Shown: positions 19,151-30,623 of the stretch, one piece after another
Position numbering within the stretch: position 1 is the first letter of the stretch
Layout of the letters: each line of letters begins with the position of its first letter
Assembly: GCA_046723495.1 (NCBI GenBank)
Contig: JBKOUP010000243.1
Location: forward strand, 1 to 49,223
Source: Acidobacteriota bacterium
GTDB lineage: Bacteria; Acidobacteriota; Thermoanaerobaculia; Gp7-AA8
Reading direction: 5' to 3'
Length of the DNA stretch: 49,223 nt
The notes under the pieces: generated by a model
What the model was told of the DNA's origin: nothing
The model's database searches: none
The model's input: the letters and a program-made list of their open reading frames with translations, nothing else
Translations under genes and position numbers: made by a program

Positions 19151-19219
19151 GGCTCTCGGCTCTCAGCTCTCGGCTCTCGAGGTGCATCCCCGAGAGCTGA
19201 GAGCTGACAGCTGAGAGCC
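19151..19219. repeat. Heptamer-built inverted repeat between convergent genes (GGCTCTC/AGCTCTC x4 versus GAGAGCT-type x4)
   Basis: Arms 19151-19182 and 19188-19219, loop tgcat. Of 32 positions, 28 are Watson-Crick, 2 are G-U and 2 are mismatches. Confidence 0.9.
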
Positions 19220-19224
19220 TCGTC

Positions 19225-20571
19225 TCAGTACGCCGTGACGTGCTGCGTGTCGTTGTTCGTGACCGTGGCCACCGCGAAGAGCCGCGCGTCGTGCATCGGC
19301 GACGACACGCGCACGCGCACCGCCGGCGCCGAGGGAAACTTCGCCACGATCGGATCGAGGTTCACGCTCGCGAACGCCGGCCTGTCGCACAGCGCGTCGG
19401 TGCAGCCGGTGCTCAGCGGGACAGTGAAGGTCTCGCCTGCAGCGGTGAGCTCGCCCATCGGCAGCACGAGCACCGACACGGTGCGCTCGACGCTGTCGAC
19501 GTCGAAGATGCGCAACGTGCGCCGGTAGCGCGCGTCGGTGGGAATGTCGAGCAGCCAGATGTCGTACGTCAACTGCCGCGGCGTGACCACCGGGATCTGC
19601 GTGCCGAGGTCCTGCGAGGAGCGCGACGTATCGCGGACGTGCAGCGCGTAACGCAGCAGCCCGCCGTAGCGCCGCTCCGGGAAGTAGAGCAGCCCCTGCG
19701 GGCGCGAGAACACGCTCGCCACGTAGGCCGCCGCGCCGGGATGCACCGGGCCGCGGCACGGCAACGGGCTGGCGCACGGAATGCTCGGATCCTCCGTCAC
19801 CGTGCGCCACTCGCCGACGAAGCCGATCGCGCGGTTCGCGATGGCCGCGCTCGTCGTCCAGAACGAGTCAAACGCGCCCGGACCGCTGAAGAAAACGGGG
19901 AAGAGCACGCGGTCGAACGCGGCGGGATCGGGCGCGGCGTTGCCATCGAAATAGCGGAAGGCAGTGAAGTTCATCGCCGCCAAGCCTTGCAGCTTCACAG
20001 CGATGACGGCGGGGCCGGGCGGGTTGGGCGGCGCGGTGGCGGTGATGGTCGTGCCGTCGACGACGCTGAACTGCGCGGCCTTGCCGCCGATCGTGACCGA
20101 CTCGACCTCGGCGCAAGCGACGGCGCTCGGCGCGCAGAGCGGCTCGCCGATGTTGACCGTGAGCTGCAGCTGCCGCCCGCCGCCGGCCTCGGCGACCGAG
20201 GGAAGCACGATAAACGGCTGATTGGCGTCGCTGACGCTGAGGTGCGTTGCGCCGAGGACGACGTCGTTGCCCGTCGTCATGCGCACGTCGTACTCGCCGG
20301 GCGCGAGGCGGCCGATGTCGGCGCGCTCACCCCACGGCGTCACGATCTGGATGCAGGGGACGTGGGGAGTGTCGACGTGGATCGTGATCGAGCTCCCGTT
20401 CACGCGCGCGACCGGATTCGACGGCACACAGGCGTCGCCGTTGAGGCCGGCCAGGTGGACCTGCACCGGCATCGACGAGTCGGGCGCCGGCGGATCGAAC
20501 TCGATCGTCGACAGAACCTGCGCGGAAAGCGGAAGAGCGAGAAGCGCGAGAAAGGCGAAGAGCGAACGCAT
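19225..20571 (-). CDS. Secreted protein of unknown function, IPT/TIG-like middle domain plus conserved C-terminal module (paralog 1)
   Basis: Signal peptide MRSLFAFLALLALPLSAQ. IPT/TIG-like VESVTIGGKAAQFSVVDGTTITATAPPNPPGPAVIAV. Shares several sequence blocks with the upstream gene. Confidence 0.7.
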   Translation of the reverse strand: MRSLFAFLALLALPLSAQVLSTIEFDPPAPDSSMPVQVHLAGLNGDACVPSNPVARVNGSSITIHVDTPHVPCIQIVTPWGERADIGRLAPGEYDVRMTTGNDVVLGATHLSVSDANQPFIVLPSVAEAGGGRQLQLTVNIGEPLCAPSAVACAEVESVTIGGKAAQFSVVDGTTITATAPPNPPGPAVIAVKLQGLAAMNFTAFRYFDGNAAPDPAAFDRVLFPVFFSGPGAFDSFWTTSAAIANRAIGFVGEWRTVTEDPSIPCASPLPCRGPVHPGAAAYVASVFSRPQGLLYFPERRYGGLLRYALHVRDTSRSSQDLGTQIPVVTPRQLTYDIWLLDIPTDARYRRTLRIFDVDSVERTVSVLVLPMGELTAAGETFTVPLSTGCTDALCDRPAFASVNLDPIVAKFPSAPAVRVRVSSPMHDARLFAVATVTNNDTQHVTAY

Positions 20572-20575
20572 ACCG

Positions 20576-21874
20576 TTATTGTGGCGTGATTACGGTGACG
20601 TGTTGCGTGTTGTTGTTCGTGACGCTGATCAAGGCCCAGAGGCGCGCCCCGATGTCGACGCTGTGGATGTCGACGCGGACGCGGTCCCGTCCGGCGGCCT
20701 CCGGGAAGAGTGCCAGCAGGTCGACCATGGCGTAGGCAGGGTCGTCGCTGGCGCACGGCTCGAAACGGCGGCACGGCGTTCCGCTGTGCAGGGCCACGGA
20801 GTTGCTAGCGAGAAAGGTGCCGTCCATGGCGTAGAGATCGACGACCACGCGGCTCTCGACGGAGTCGACGTCGTAGATGCGGAGCGATTGCCGGAAACGC
20901 GCCGCGACCGGGACGTTCAGCAGGCTGAGCTCCGCGTCGCGAAAATCGCTCTCGCGCACGACGCGGACTTCCGTCCCCCAATCGTCGGCCTGGCGCGACG
21001 TGTCGCGTACGAGCGATCCGAAGCGCGGCGACGGCGAGACGCCGCGCGGCGGAAAGAAGAGCACGCCGCCGGAACGCGTCGCGCCGAAGCTCAGCGCCGT
21101 TGTCGAGCGCCGGTCGATGAAGGGCACGGGCGCGCGGCCGTAGGGCTCGAAGCCGTACAGGTTCGGATTCCACATCGTGATCTCGGTCGTCCACTTCGAG
21201 CCGAACGCGCCGTCGCCGAACGACCAGACCGGCACGAGCACGCGCTCGAACATCGTCGGCAGCGGCCCGTGGTTCGGATCGTAGTAGCGGAAGACGCGGC
21301 CGCTCTTCGTGGCCCGCGTTCCGGAGACGACGACGTCGGCGATGCCGGTCGCGCCCGGCGGCGTGATCACGGCGAGCGTGCCGCCGTTGAACTTCTCCCG
21401 CTCGACCGTTGCCGGAACACCGTTGAACAACACCGACGGCAGCGGGCACGACGGGCCGTAGCAGTCGACGGCGTCGGCGTAGAGGATGACTTCCGTTCCG
21501 CCGGTCGTCGGCCCGAACGGCAGCGAAGCGACGTACACGCTTGCATCGGCATCGCTCACGAAGAAGGCGAGGTAGCCGGTGCGGACGATGTCGTTGTATG
21601 CCGGCGTCTCCGTCACCACCTCGTAGTCGCCCGGCGCGAGCTTGCCGAGGGGAATCGTGAACGTGTAGGGCAACGGCGGCGAGAGACACGGCCCCTGTTT
21701 GAGCAGGACGTGAAACGTGTTGCCCGCGCGCGTCAGCTCCGGCGGCGGCGGGCAGGAGGCAAACTCGTGCACGGTCAGCGTCACCGGCGTGGCCGTGGTC
21801 GGCGCGGCGGGGTCGATCTCGATCGCGAACAGCGGAACGGCGGCAAGCAGGAAGACGGCCAGGAACGAGCGCAT
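20576..21874 (-). CDS. Secreted protein of unknown function, IPT/TIG-like middle domain plus conserved C-terminal module (paralog 2)
   Basis: Signal peptide MRSFLAVFLLAAVPLFA. IPT/TIG-like SVLFNGVPATVEREKFNGGTLAVITPPGATGIADVVV. Only 4 nt separate it from paralog 1. Confidence 0.7.
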   Translation of the reverse strand: MRSFLAVFLLAAVPLFAIEIDPAAPTTATPVTLTVHEFASCPPPPELTRAGNTFHVLLKQGPCLSPPLPYTFTIPLGKLAPGDYEVVTETPAYNDIVRTGYLAFFVSDADASVYVASLPFGPTTGGTEVILYADAVDCYGPSCPLPSVLFNGVPATVEREKFNGGTLAVITPPGATGIADVVVSGTRATKSGRVFRYYDPNHGPLPTMFERVLVPVWSFGDGAFGSKWTTEITMWNPNLYGFEPYGRAPVPFIDRRSTTALSFGATRSGGVLFFPPRGVSPSPRFGSLVRDTSRQADDWGTEVRVVRESDFRDAELSLLNVPVAARFRQSLRIYDVDSVESRVVVDLYAMDGTFLASNSVALHSGTPCRRFEPCASDDPAYAMVDLLALFPEAAGRDRVRVDIHSVDIGARLWALISVTNNNTQHVTVITPQ

Positions 21875-21908
21875 GTCGACTGGAGTACGCGCTCGCGACG
21901 CGGGGCGT

Positions 21909-23821
<1,913 letters not shown>

Positions 23822-23833
23822 CGAAGATTCGAA

Positions 23834-24448
23834 TCAACGCGACTTCAGCGACTGCACGAGCTGCGCGACTTGCGCGTCGTTCGGCCGCATGGCGCTGAGC
23901 TTCGCGGCCACGGCCCGGGCGTCGTCCCAGCGCTGCATCTCGCCGAGGACGATGGCCTCGTTGTAGAGCGCTTGCCACTGGTCAGGCCCCTCGGCGGCCG
24001 CGCGCTGGAAGGCGTCGACGGCCTTCTCAGGCTGCCCGTTCTGCTTGTAGCAGATGCCGAGGTCCGTGCGCACCGTCGGATCCTCGCGCACGGCCAGAGC
24101 GCGCTCGAGGTAGTCGATCGCCTGCGGGAACTTCGCCGCATCCATGTACATGCTTCCGAGCTGCGTCAGCGCCGCCACGTTGCGCGGATCCTTCTCCAGC
24201 GTCTGCTTGAGCGTCGCGAGCCGTTCGCGCACCGCGTTCATCTGCGCCATATCCGGCGCGGCGGCGGGAGCCGCCGTCTCCGCGGCGTTCGCCACGCCGC
24301 CCGAGGGCCCGAGCGAAGGCTTCGCCAAATGCGGCCCGATCAAAAACGAGCCGATCACCAGCCCGAGCACAAACCCGCAGATCGTAAACACCCACACGTC
24401 GCGCGACCCCGTGCCCGCGCCCGGCTTTTCGTTCCGTTGTGCCTTCAT
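23834..24448 (-). CDS. Membrane-anchored TPR repeat protein
   Basis: TM VWVFTICGFVLGLVIGSFLIG followed by about three TPR units (AALTQLGSMYMDAAKFPQAIDYLERAL...). ATGA overlap with dacB. Confidence 0.7.
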   Translation of the reverse strand: MKAQRNEKPGAGTGSRDVWVFTICGFVLGLVIGSFLIGPHLAKPSLGPSGGVANAAETAAPAAAPDMAQMNAVRERLATLKQTLEKDPRNVAALTQLGSMYMDAAKFPQAIDYLERALAVREDPTVRTDLGICYKQNGQPEKAVDAFQRAAAEGPDQWQALYNEAIVLGEMQRWDDARAVAAKLSAMRPNDAQVAQLVQSLKSR

Positions 24449-25965
24449 CCCTTTGTAATCAGCTCCTTCAGCATCTCGTCCTGCACGTGGTACACCGCGT
24501 ACACGCCGGTGTGGTAGCGATTGAACAGAAACGAGAAGGCGTAGATCTTACCGGAAGCGCCGTGCACGTAGCCGGAAAGGCCGACGACGCCGACGATGTA
24601 GCCGGTCTTCGCATAGACCTGCCGCGCGTACGGCGCGCCGCGCAGGCGCCGGCCGAACTTGGCATCGGGATCGCCGGAGTACGGCAACGAGCTGACGAAA
24701 TCCTCGCGGTAGGGACTCTTCCACATGTACCGGAGCAGGTGCACGAATGCATTCGCCGAGGCGCGGTTGTCGCGCGACATCCCCGAGCCGTCGGCCGGGC
24801 TGAACTCCCCCTCGGGCACGCCGAGCTTCCCGGTCAGCCATTCCTTCACCGCGCCCGTGCCGCCGGGCCACGTCCCCTCGTGCTTGACCTGCGCGCCGAT
24901 CATCTTCACGAGCTCCTCGGCGTAGTGGTTCTGGCTCTTCTTGTTGATGACGTAGACGATCACGTTGAGCGGCGTGCTGTGCTGCGCGACCGCGCGCCAG
25001 TCCGGCCGCGGGTCGACGCCCGTGACGACGAGCTCCCCCTTCACCGTGACGCCGTTGCGCACGAAGGCCTCGTGCGTGACCGAGGCGAAGTACTGGATCG
25101 GATTCTCGATGGCCACGAAGACCTCCGTCGGCCCCGAGCGCGCCGGCACGCCGCCGCGGACGACGATCGTGTTCGTCCCGCGGTAGCGCGTGATGAACGG
25201 CAGCCCGCGTCCGGTCGTGCACGAGCTCTGCAGCGTCAGGAACGACGTCGGCGGATCGAGCTGCACCGTGCACGGCTTCCCCGGCCGCGACGGCAGCACG
25301 CGCACTTCGACGCAGCCCTCCTGCATCGAGAACGCCGACACCGGCGCCTCGTACCAATTCACGAGCTGGTTCTCCGGCCACGTCGGATGGATGTACTGCG
25401 TGTCCATGTAGCCGTACTCGAAGATCAGGTTTCCCTTGATGGTCTTGATGCCGGCGCGCTTGAGGTCCGTGGCCCACTCGTCGACGACGGCGGTGGCGTG
25501 GTTGTCGTGGAAGCGGCCGCCGATCGTCGGGTCGCCGTGGCCGACGATCTTGACGTCGCCGTCGAGCGTGCCGGTCGGATCGACGGGGCCGCGCGCGTAG
25601 ACGGTCGTGGTCACGTTGAAGTCGGGGTGGAGGAGGTCGATGGCCGCGGCGGTGGTGAAGAGCTTCATGTTCGACGCCGGCGCGAGCGGCAGATGCGGGT
25701 TGCGCTCGGCGAGGACGGTACCGCTGTCGACTTCGACGATCTGGATGCTGGCGTCGGAGATCTGGGAGACCTTGCCGTTGACGAGCGAATTCAGACGCTC
25801 CTGCAGCGTCGTGCCGGTGGCCGTCTCGAGCGGACCGGCGGGAGCGGCGCGGCGCGGCTTCCGCCGCCGTCGTTTCGCCGCGTCAGATTGTGGACTGATC
25901 AGAAAGGTGAGGACGACAAAGAGCGCCGCCCACCGCCACCGCGAACCCGCCATCGCCCTCATCAT
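24445..25965 (-). CDS. dacB: D-alanyl-D-alanine carboxypeptidase/endopeptidase, PBP4 (S13) family
   Basis: Active-site SNMK within APASNMKLFTTAAAI, plus a KTG box (YAKTGYIVGV). Signal/TM WRWAALFVVLTFLISPQSDA. The ORF opens at TTG 25977; the first ATG is 25965. Confidence 0.85.
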   Translation of the reverse strand: MMRAMAGSRWRWAALFVVLTFLISPQSDAAKRRRRKPRRAAPAGPLETATGTTLQERLNSLVNGKVSQISDASIQIVEVDSGTVLAERNPHLPLAPASNMKLFTTAAAIDLLHPDFNVTTTVYARGPVDPTGTLDGDVKIVGHGDPTIGGRFHDNHATAVVDEWATDLKRAGIKTIKGNLIFEYGYMDTQYIHPTWPENQLVNWYEAPVSAFSMQEGCVEVRVLPSRPGKPCTVQLDPPTSFLTLQSSCTTGRGLPFITRYRGTNTIVVRGGVPARSGPTEVFVAIENPIQYFASVTHEAFVRNGVTVKGELVVTGVDPRPDWRAVAQHSTPLNVIVYVINKKSQNHYAEELVKMIGAQVKHEGTWPGGTGAVKEWLTGKLGVPEGEFSPADGSGMSRDNRASANAFVHLLRYMWKSPYREDFVSSLPYSGDPDAKFGRRLRGAPYARQVYAKTGYIVGVVGLSGYVHGASGKIYAFSFLFNRYHTGVYAVYHVQDEMLKELITKG

Positions 25966-25973
25966 TGCAGAAT

Positions 25974-26813
25974 TCAAACCCGCTGATATCCCTCCGGTAA
26001 AGCCAATCGCAAACGATCGCGCAATACCGCCGGGCAGCGGCGGGCGATCTCGTCGCGGATCTCGGCGCGGCTGTAGCGGCGGCTGAAGTGCGTGAGGACG
26101 ATCAGGTCGTTCCGGAAACGCTCCGCGAATTCGGCGATGTCATCGAAGTGGATGTGCCGGTAGCGCGCGGCGCGCTCCTGGTGCCCGTCGGCGATGAACG
26201 AGCACTCGATCATCAGCACCTCGGCGCGGTAAAGCGCCTCGCACGTCTCGAGGATTCCGCGGTCTGTGTCGCCCGTGTAAAAAAGCAGCGGCTCGCGGTA
26301 CTCCTCGATGACTTCGGCGCGGCGGCGCTGGATCTCCTCCTGCGACAGCCCCTCTTCGCGCAGGCGGTGGCGGACCTCGAGGACCTCGTAGGCGTTGGCG
26401 GCGACGCGATGCGTGGCCGCGTGGGCGCGGACTTCGAGCGTCCGGCCAATGCGCACGGTGTCGCCGGCGGCCATGCCGCGGACCTCGATCTCGTCGAAGC
26501 GCGTGTTCGTCAGGCGCTCCCACGCGCCGAGGATGTCGCGGAAGCCGTCGGCCGCGGCGGCCGGCACCCAGATCCGCCCGCCGGCGAGCTGGTGGAGCTG
26601 GCGCTGCCCGGCGTAGAACGGGATGCCGACGGCGTGGTCGAGATGGGCGTGGGTGACGAAGACGTTGGACACGCCGATGGCGGCGTCGGGGCCGCGGCCG
26701 AGGTCGAACATCACGCCGAGGTCGCGGATGCGGAACCACGTCTCGTGGCCGGCGCGGGAGCGGCCTTCGATCGTGAAGCGCTCGGTGGTCAGCGTGAAGA
26801 GGTCTTTGTCCAA
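25974..26813 (-). CDS. MBL-fold metallo-hydrolase (RNase Z/BN-like)
   Basis: VFVTHAHLDHAVG (HxHxDH) plus downstream His/Asp ligand blocks. TTG 26813, just after the PIG-L stop, is preferred over GTG 26897, which would overlap the upstream gene by 79 nt. Confidence 0.7.
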   Translation of the reverse strand: MDKDLFTLTTERFTIEGRSRAGHETWFRIRDLGVMFDLGRGPDAAIGVSNVFVTHAHLDHAVGIPFYAGQRQLHQLAGGRIWVPAAAADGFRDILGAWERLTNTRFDEIEVRGMAAGDTVRIGRTLEVRAHAATHRVAANAYEVLEVRHRLREEGLSQEEIQRRRAEVIEEYREPLLFYTGDTDRGILETCEALYRAEVLMIECSFIADGHQERAARYRHIHFDDIAEFAERFRNDLIVLTHFSRRYSRAEIRDEIARRCPAVLRDRLRLALPEGYQRV

Positions 26814-26818
26814 GCGCG

Positions 26819-27544
26819 CTAAGCGTACGCGAAGGCGTCGGCGGCGGCACGGCGCCACGTCGCGCCGTCGATCGGAAAGCCGAGGATCTCGTACCACAGC
26901 GGGCCGGCGTGGGGCGGCTTCGTGAAGTCGTAGCAGCGCGCCACGCGGAAGCGCTCCACTCCGATCGGGAACTGCGCCAGCACCTCGCGCTGCGTGGCGT
27001 AGCAGTCGTACATCCGCTGCTTGCGCAGGACCTGCCCCTGGTCGAGAGTGAGGACGATGCCGTCGCGGCCGTCGGCGAACTGCAGCGCGTGGAAGCTCCC
27101 GTTGCGCGCGTGGTAGAGCGGCATTTCGATGGCCTGGCCGAGCGTCTGGACGATCATCGCGCAGGCGTCGTGGTCCGGGTGCCCGCCTTCGTACGCCGTC
27201 GTCACGATCGTGTTCGGGCGCAGCTCCTCGATGATCGCGCGCAACTGCTCGGTCAGCTCGCGGACGTAGTAGACCGCCTCCTGCTCGGGGCAGCCGAGGG
27301 AGCGCACGTCGTCGACGTTGGCGAAGAGCAGCGCACGCCGCGCCTCCTCCGCGCGGGCCCGGGCGTACTCGTCGCGCGTGCCGTCGAACTGCCGCGACCG
27401 CCAGCGGCGATCGCGCGGCGCGCCGTCGGTGAGGTGGACGACGTGGACGTCCTCGAGGGCGGCCAAGCCGGCCATCATGCCGCCCGCGCCGATGGCCTCG
27501 TCGTCAGGATGTGCGACCACGACGAGCAGGGTCATGCGTTGCAT
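26819..27544 (-). CDS. PIG-L/LmbE family N-acetylglucosaminyl deacetylase
   Basis: LLVVVAHPDDEAIGAGG is the family signature. A later YEGGHPDHDA block is present. ATGs at 27544 and 27535; the ORF opens at TTG 27553. Confidence 0.8.
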   Translation of the reverse strand: MQRMTLLVVVAHPDDEAIGAGGMMAGLAALEDVHVVHLTDGAPRDRRWRSRQFDGTRDEYARARAEEARRALLFANVDDVRSLGCPEQEAVYYVRELTEQLRAIIEELRPNTIVTTAYEGGHPDHDACAMIVQTLGQAIEMPLYHARNGSFHALQFADGRDGIVLTLDQGQVLRKQRMYDCYATQREVLAQFPIGVERFRVARCYDFTKPPHAGPLWYEILGFPIDGATWRRAAADAFAYA

Positions 27545-27583
27545 CAATAGCAAGGGCCGAGCCGGGATAGCGTCCCGGGTATC

Positions 27584-28561
27584 ATGCGCCGCGCAATGCT
27601 GATCTCCACGACGGAGGAGCTGGAGCGGCTGGAGGCGGAGTGGCTGGCGCTGTGGCGGCGCTCTCCGGAGGCGACGCCGTTCCAGTCGCCGATGTGGCTG
27701 CTTCCGTGGTGGCGCGCGTACGGCTCGGACGAACTGTCGACGCTCGTTGCGCGCGACGCGAGCGGCGCGCTGACGGCGGTGCTGCCGCTCTACATCGTTC
27801 GCGACGGCGACGAGTCCCTAGGCATGTTCCTCGGCACGGGTAACAGCGATTACCTCGACTACGTCGGCAACGGCAACGTCGGGCCACTCTTCGCCGAGCT
27901 CGTCGGCCGCGACTGCGCGATGTGGGACCTGCAGCAGCTGCGGCCGTCGTCGGCGATGTTGACAGCGCCGCTTCCATCTGGGCTCTGCGACGCAGTGCTC
28001 GAGCAGGACCGCTGCCCGATCCTGTCGATCGAAAACGCCGGCGACGAGCTGCAGAACCTGACGTCGACGCACTTCCGCAAAAAGCTCCGCTACTACCGCC
28101 GCGCGCTGGAACGAATCGCGCCGGTGACGACGGAGAGCGCGTCGGCGTCGTCACTCGAGGCGATGCTCGAGGCGCTCTACGCATTGCACGCCGCGCGCTG
28201 GCAGCGCCGCGGCCTTCCGGGCGTGCTGTTCGACGAGGTGGTGCAGCGCTTCCATCGCGACGCCGCCCGCCGTCTCCTCGGCGCCGGCGCGCTGCGCATG
28301 TACGCGACGCGCCTCGGCGAGCGCATCGTGGCCGTGTTCTACGGCTTTGCCCACGCCGGCACCGTCTACTACTACCTGAGCGGCTACGACCCGGAGCTGG
28401 AGCGGCTGTCGATCGGCACGCTGATCGTTGCGCACGCGATCGAGGAAGCGGTGCGCGACGGAGCGACGACGTTCGATTTCCTCCGCGGCGCGGAGGAGTA
28501 CAAGTACGCCTGGGGCGCGACCGACCGCGTGAGCTCGCGGCGGCAGATCTTTCGCGGATGA
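27584..28561 (+). CDS. GNAT-fold acetyltransferase of the CelD/BioF2-like (FemAB-related) type
   Basis: [29 protein letters not shown] at the N-terminus and ...[38 protein letters not shown]...[15 protein letters not shown] at the C-terminus match the CelD-like pattern. Confidence 0.75.
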   Translation: MRRAMLISTTEELERLEAEWLALWRRSPEATPFQSPMWLLPWWRAYGSDELSTLVARDASGALTAVLPLYIVRDGDESLGMFLGTGNSDYLDYVGNGNVGPLFAELVGRDCAMWDLQQLRPSSAMLTAPLPSGLCDAVLEQDRCPILSIENAGDELQNLTSTHFRKKLRYYRRALERIAPVTTESASASSLEAMLEALYALHAARWQRRGLPGVLFDEVVQRFHRDAARRLLGAGALRMYATRLGERIVAVFYGFAHAGTVYYYLSGYDPELERLSIGTLIVAHAIEEAVRDGATTFDFLRGAEEYKYAWGATDRVSSRRQIFRG

Positions 28562-29040
28562 AGACGAACGCGGCGCGGCTGCTCGACTCGCTCGGCATTC
28601 CGTACGAGCTGCGCGAATACGAGGTCGATCCCGACGACCTCGCCGCGGAGTCGGTGGCGCGCAAGGTCGGACTCCCGCCGGAGCAGGTGTTCAAGACCTT
28701 GGTCGCGCGCGGCGACCGCCACGGCGTCTGCTTCGCCGTGATCCCCGGCGATCAGCAGCTCGACCTCAAGGCGCTGGCAAAGGTGACCGGCGACCGCTCG
28801 ATCGACGTGGTGCCGCTCAAGGAAGTGCAGGCGCTGACCGGCTACATCCGCGGCGGCGTGACGGCGCTGGCGGCGAAGAAGCCGTACCCGGTGTTCGCCG
28901 ACGAGACGATCGAGCTCTTCGACGTGACCTCGGTCTCCGCAGGCGTCCGCGGCACGCAGATTTTCCTGGCGCCGGCGGATTACCTGCGGGCGACGGGAGC
29001 GACGACGGCGCCGATCGCGAAGGAAAAGGAGAAGGAGTGA
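28558..29040 (+). CDS. ybaK: Cys-tRNA(Pro)/aminoacyl-tRNA trans-editing deacylase, YbaK family
   Basis: [21 protein letters not shown]...VFKTLV...[10 protein letters not shown]...VSAGVRG are YbaK/EbsC blocks. ATGA overlap with the GNAT gene. KEKEKE tail. Confidence 0.85.
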   Translation: MKTNAARLLDSLGIPYELREYEVDPDDLAAESVARKVGLPPEQVFKTLVARGDRHGVCFAVIPGDQQLDLKALAKVTGDRSIDVVPLKEVQALTGYIRGGVTALAAKKPYPVFADETIELFDVTSVSAGVRGTQIFLAPADYLRATGATTAPIAKEKEKE

Positions 29041-29042
29041 GC

Positions 29043-29117
<75 letters not shown>

Positions 29118-29200
29118 ACAGGAGTGAGGTGGGTAAGTTTAGCGGGAGGGGGCGGCATTCCCGGCGGCCAGAGCACTATAAGTTCCACCCAAAATTCCTC

Positions 29201-29230
29201 TTGACGACTATCCTTCACCACCGCTAGACT
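29201..29230 (+). promoter_or_regulatory. Sigma-70-like promoter candidate for the TPR gene (TTGACG - 18 nt - TAGACT)
   Basis: -35 at 29201-29206 and -10 at 29225-29230. The ATG at 29245 lies only 14 nt after the -10 and has no SD, implying a very short leader. Confidence 0.4.
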
Positions 29231-29244
29231 GCCTGCATTAACGC

Positions 29245-30489
29245 ATGAAGGCCCCCACCGACGACTTGGATACCGAACTGGCGGCGCTGCTGCGCGATCC
29301 TTCGGTGTGGCACGAGAGCGAACCGCAGCTGCCCCCCCGCATGCGGGAGGTGTCGGAGCTTTCGAAGCGTCTGGCCGTCGAAGATCGGGAGGCGGCGGAG
29401 CTGCTGGATTCGCTCGCGAATACACCGGCGGCGTGGTGGCGGACGGCGATTTTGAAGTCGCCGGTGGGCAGGACTGCCGGGATCGTCCGCATGCTTCTCG
29501 ATCGCATGCGCAGCGTCATCCGCACGGCGCCGCCCCACGCGCTGGAAGTGACGGCACTGGCGGTCGACATTGCCAACGACATCTCCCTGACAGAGTACCC
29601 GTCCGAATTCGTGATCTCGATGCGCGCCGATGCCTGGCGCGATCACGCCTACATGCTGCAGTTCCTCGGCCGGTTCCCTGAGGCCGTTGCCGCCGTCGAC
29701 GAGGCCGAACGGTTACAGCGGGAAACGGCATTGCCCGAGTACGGCCTCGCCCGCATCAAGCTCGTTCGCGCCACGATCCTGACGTGGACCGACAAACTCC
29801 CCCAGGCGATCGCGCTCGCCGACGAAGCGGCCAAGACCTTCCTCGACTTCGGCGACCGCCTGAAGTACGCCACTGCGCGGTTGACCCAGGCCGTCACGCT
29901 GCATGAATTCGGCTCGATTCGCGAAGCACTGCACATTTGGGAAGAGATCAAGAACGAGCAATGCCTCGAAGAACTGACGCGCGTACAGATCGTTTACGAT
30001 CTCGGGTTGGCCTATCGAGAGCTGGGCAACATCCCGACGGCGATTGAGCACATCACCCTGGCCATGGCGGAGTACGAAGTGCTCGGCATGGAGGTCGAGT
30101 CGACGCGCGCGCGCTGGCAGTTGGGCACGACCCTCGTCAGCGCTGGAAAAATCTCGGCCGCAATGCCGCTGTTGGAACGTGCCTGGAAAGAATTCGAAGC
30201 ATATGAGATGGAGGCCGACGCGGCGCTGGTGGCCCTCGAGCTCGCCGAAGCGCTCGTCGTCGCGGGCCAACCCGATCGGGTTCCTCAGATCTGTCGGACG
30301 CTCCTCGATCGCTTCACTCGTGCGGGAATGACCTCGCGCGCAATCACGGCGCTTTCGTACCTGCGCGAGGTTGTCGCTATCGGCAAGGCCCAGCCGCCAG
30401 TCATTCGTCAAGTGCGTGAATTTCTTCGCGATCTGCCGTCCCAGGGGAGGCCGGCCCTCTCGCTTCCGCTTCACGAGCCACAGCGCTGA
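29245..30489 (+). CDS. Cytoplasmic TPR-like repeat protein, function unknown
   Basis: 414 aa, all-helical. Repeated A/L/Y-rich 34-aa-like units (e.g. VQIVYDLGLAYRELGNIPTAIEHITLAMAEY). No signal peptide. Confidence 0.65.
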   Translation: MKAPTDDLDTELAALLRDPSVWHESEPQLPPRMREVSELSKRLAVEDREAAELLDSLANTPAAWWRTAILKSPVGRTAGIVRMLLDRMRSVIRTAPPHALEVTALAVDIANDISLTEYPSEFVISMRADAWRDHAYMLQFLGRFPEAVAAVDEAERLQRETALPEYGLARIKLVRATILTWTDKLPQAIALADEAAKTFLDFGDRLKYATARLTQAVTLHEFGSIREALHIWEEIKNEQCLEELTRVQIVYDLGLAYRELGNIPTAIEHITLAMAEYEVLGMEVESTRARWQLGTTLVSAGKISAAMPLLERAWKEFEAYEMEADAALVALELAEALVVAGQPDRVPQICRTLLDRFTRAGMTSRAITALSYLREVVAIGKAQPPVIRQVREFLRDLPSQGRPALSLPLHEPQR

Positions 30490-30623
30490 GCCTCCTCCCA
30501 CCTGGCTGCTATCACAGCGTAGACGCGCTGAGTTGATACGACATCACAGTGGAGATCCCTATGTGCCTGATCGCGGCCGATCAAGCACAGCGAACAAAAA
30601 CCGTTTGAAAGGAGAATCGCCCC

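Noticed and set aside
19225-21874. Asn-rich conserved C-termini (VTNNDTQHVT / VTNNNTQHVT) considered as diversity-generating retroelement variable regions.
   Set aside because: No reverse transcriptase, template repeat or accessory gene exists in the window. The segment is the most conserved part of the paralogs, not the most variable.
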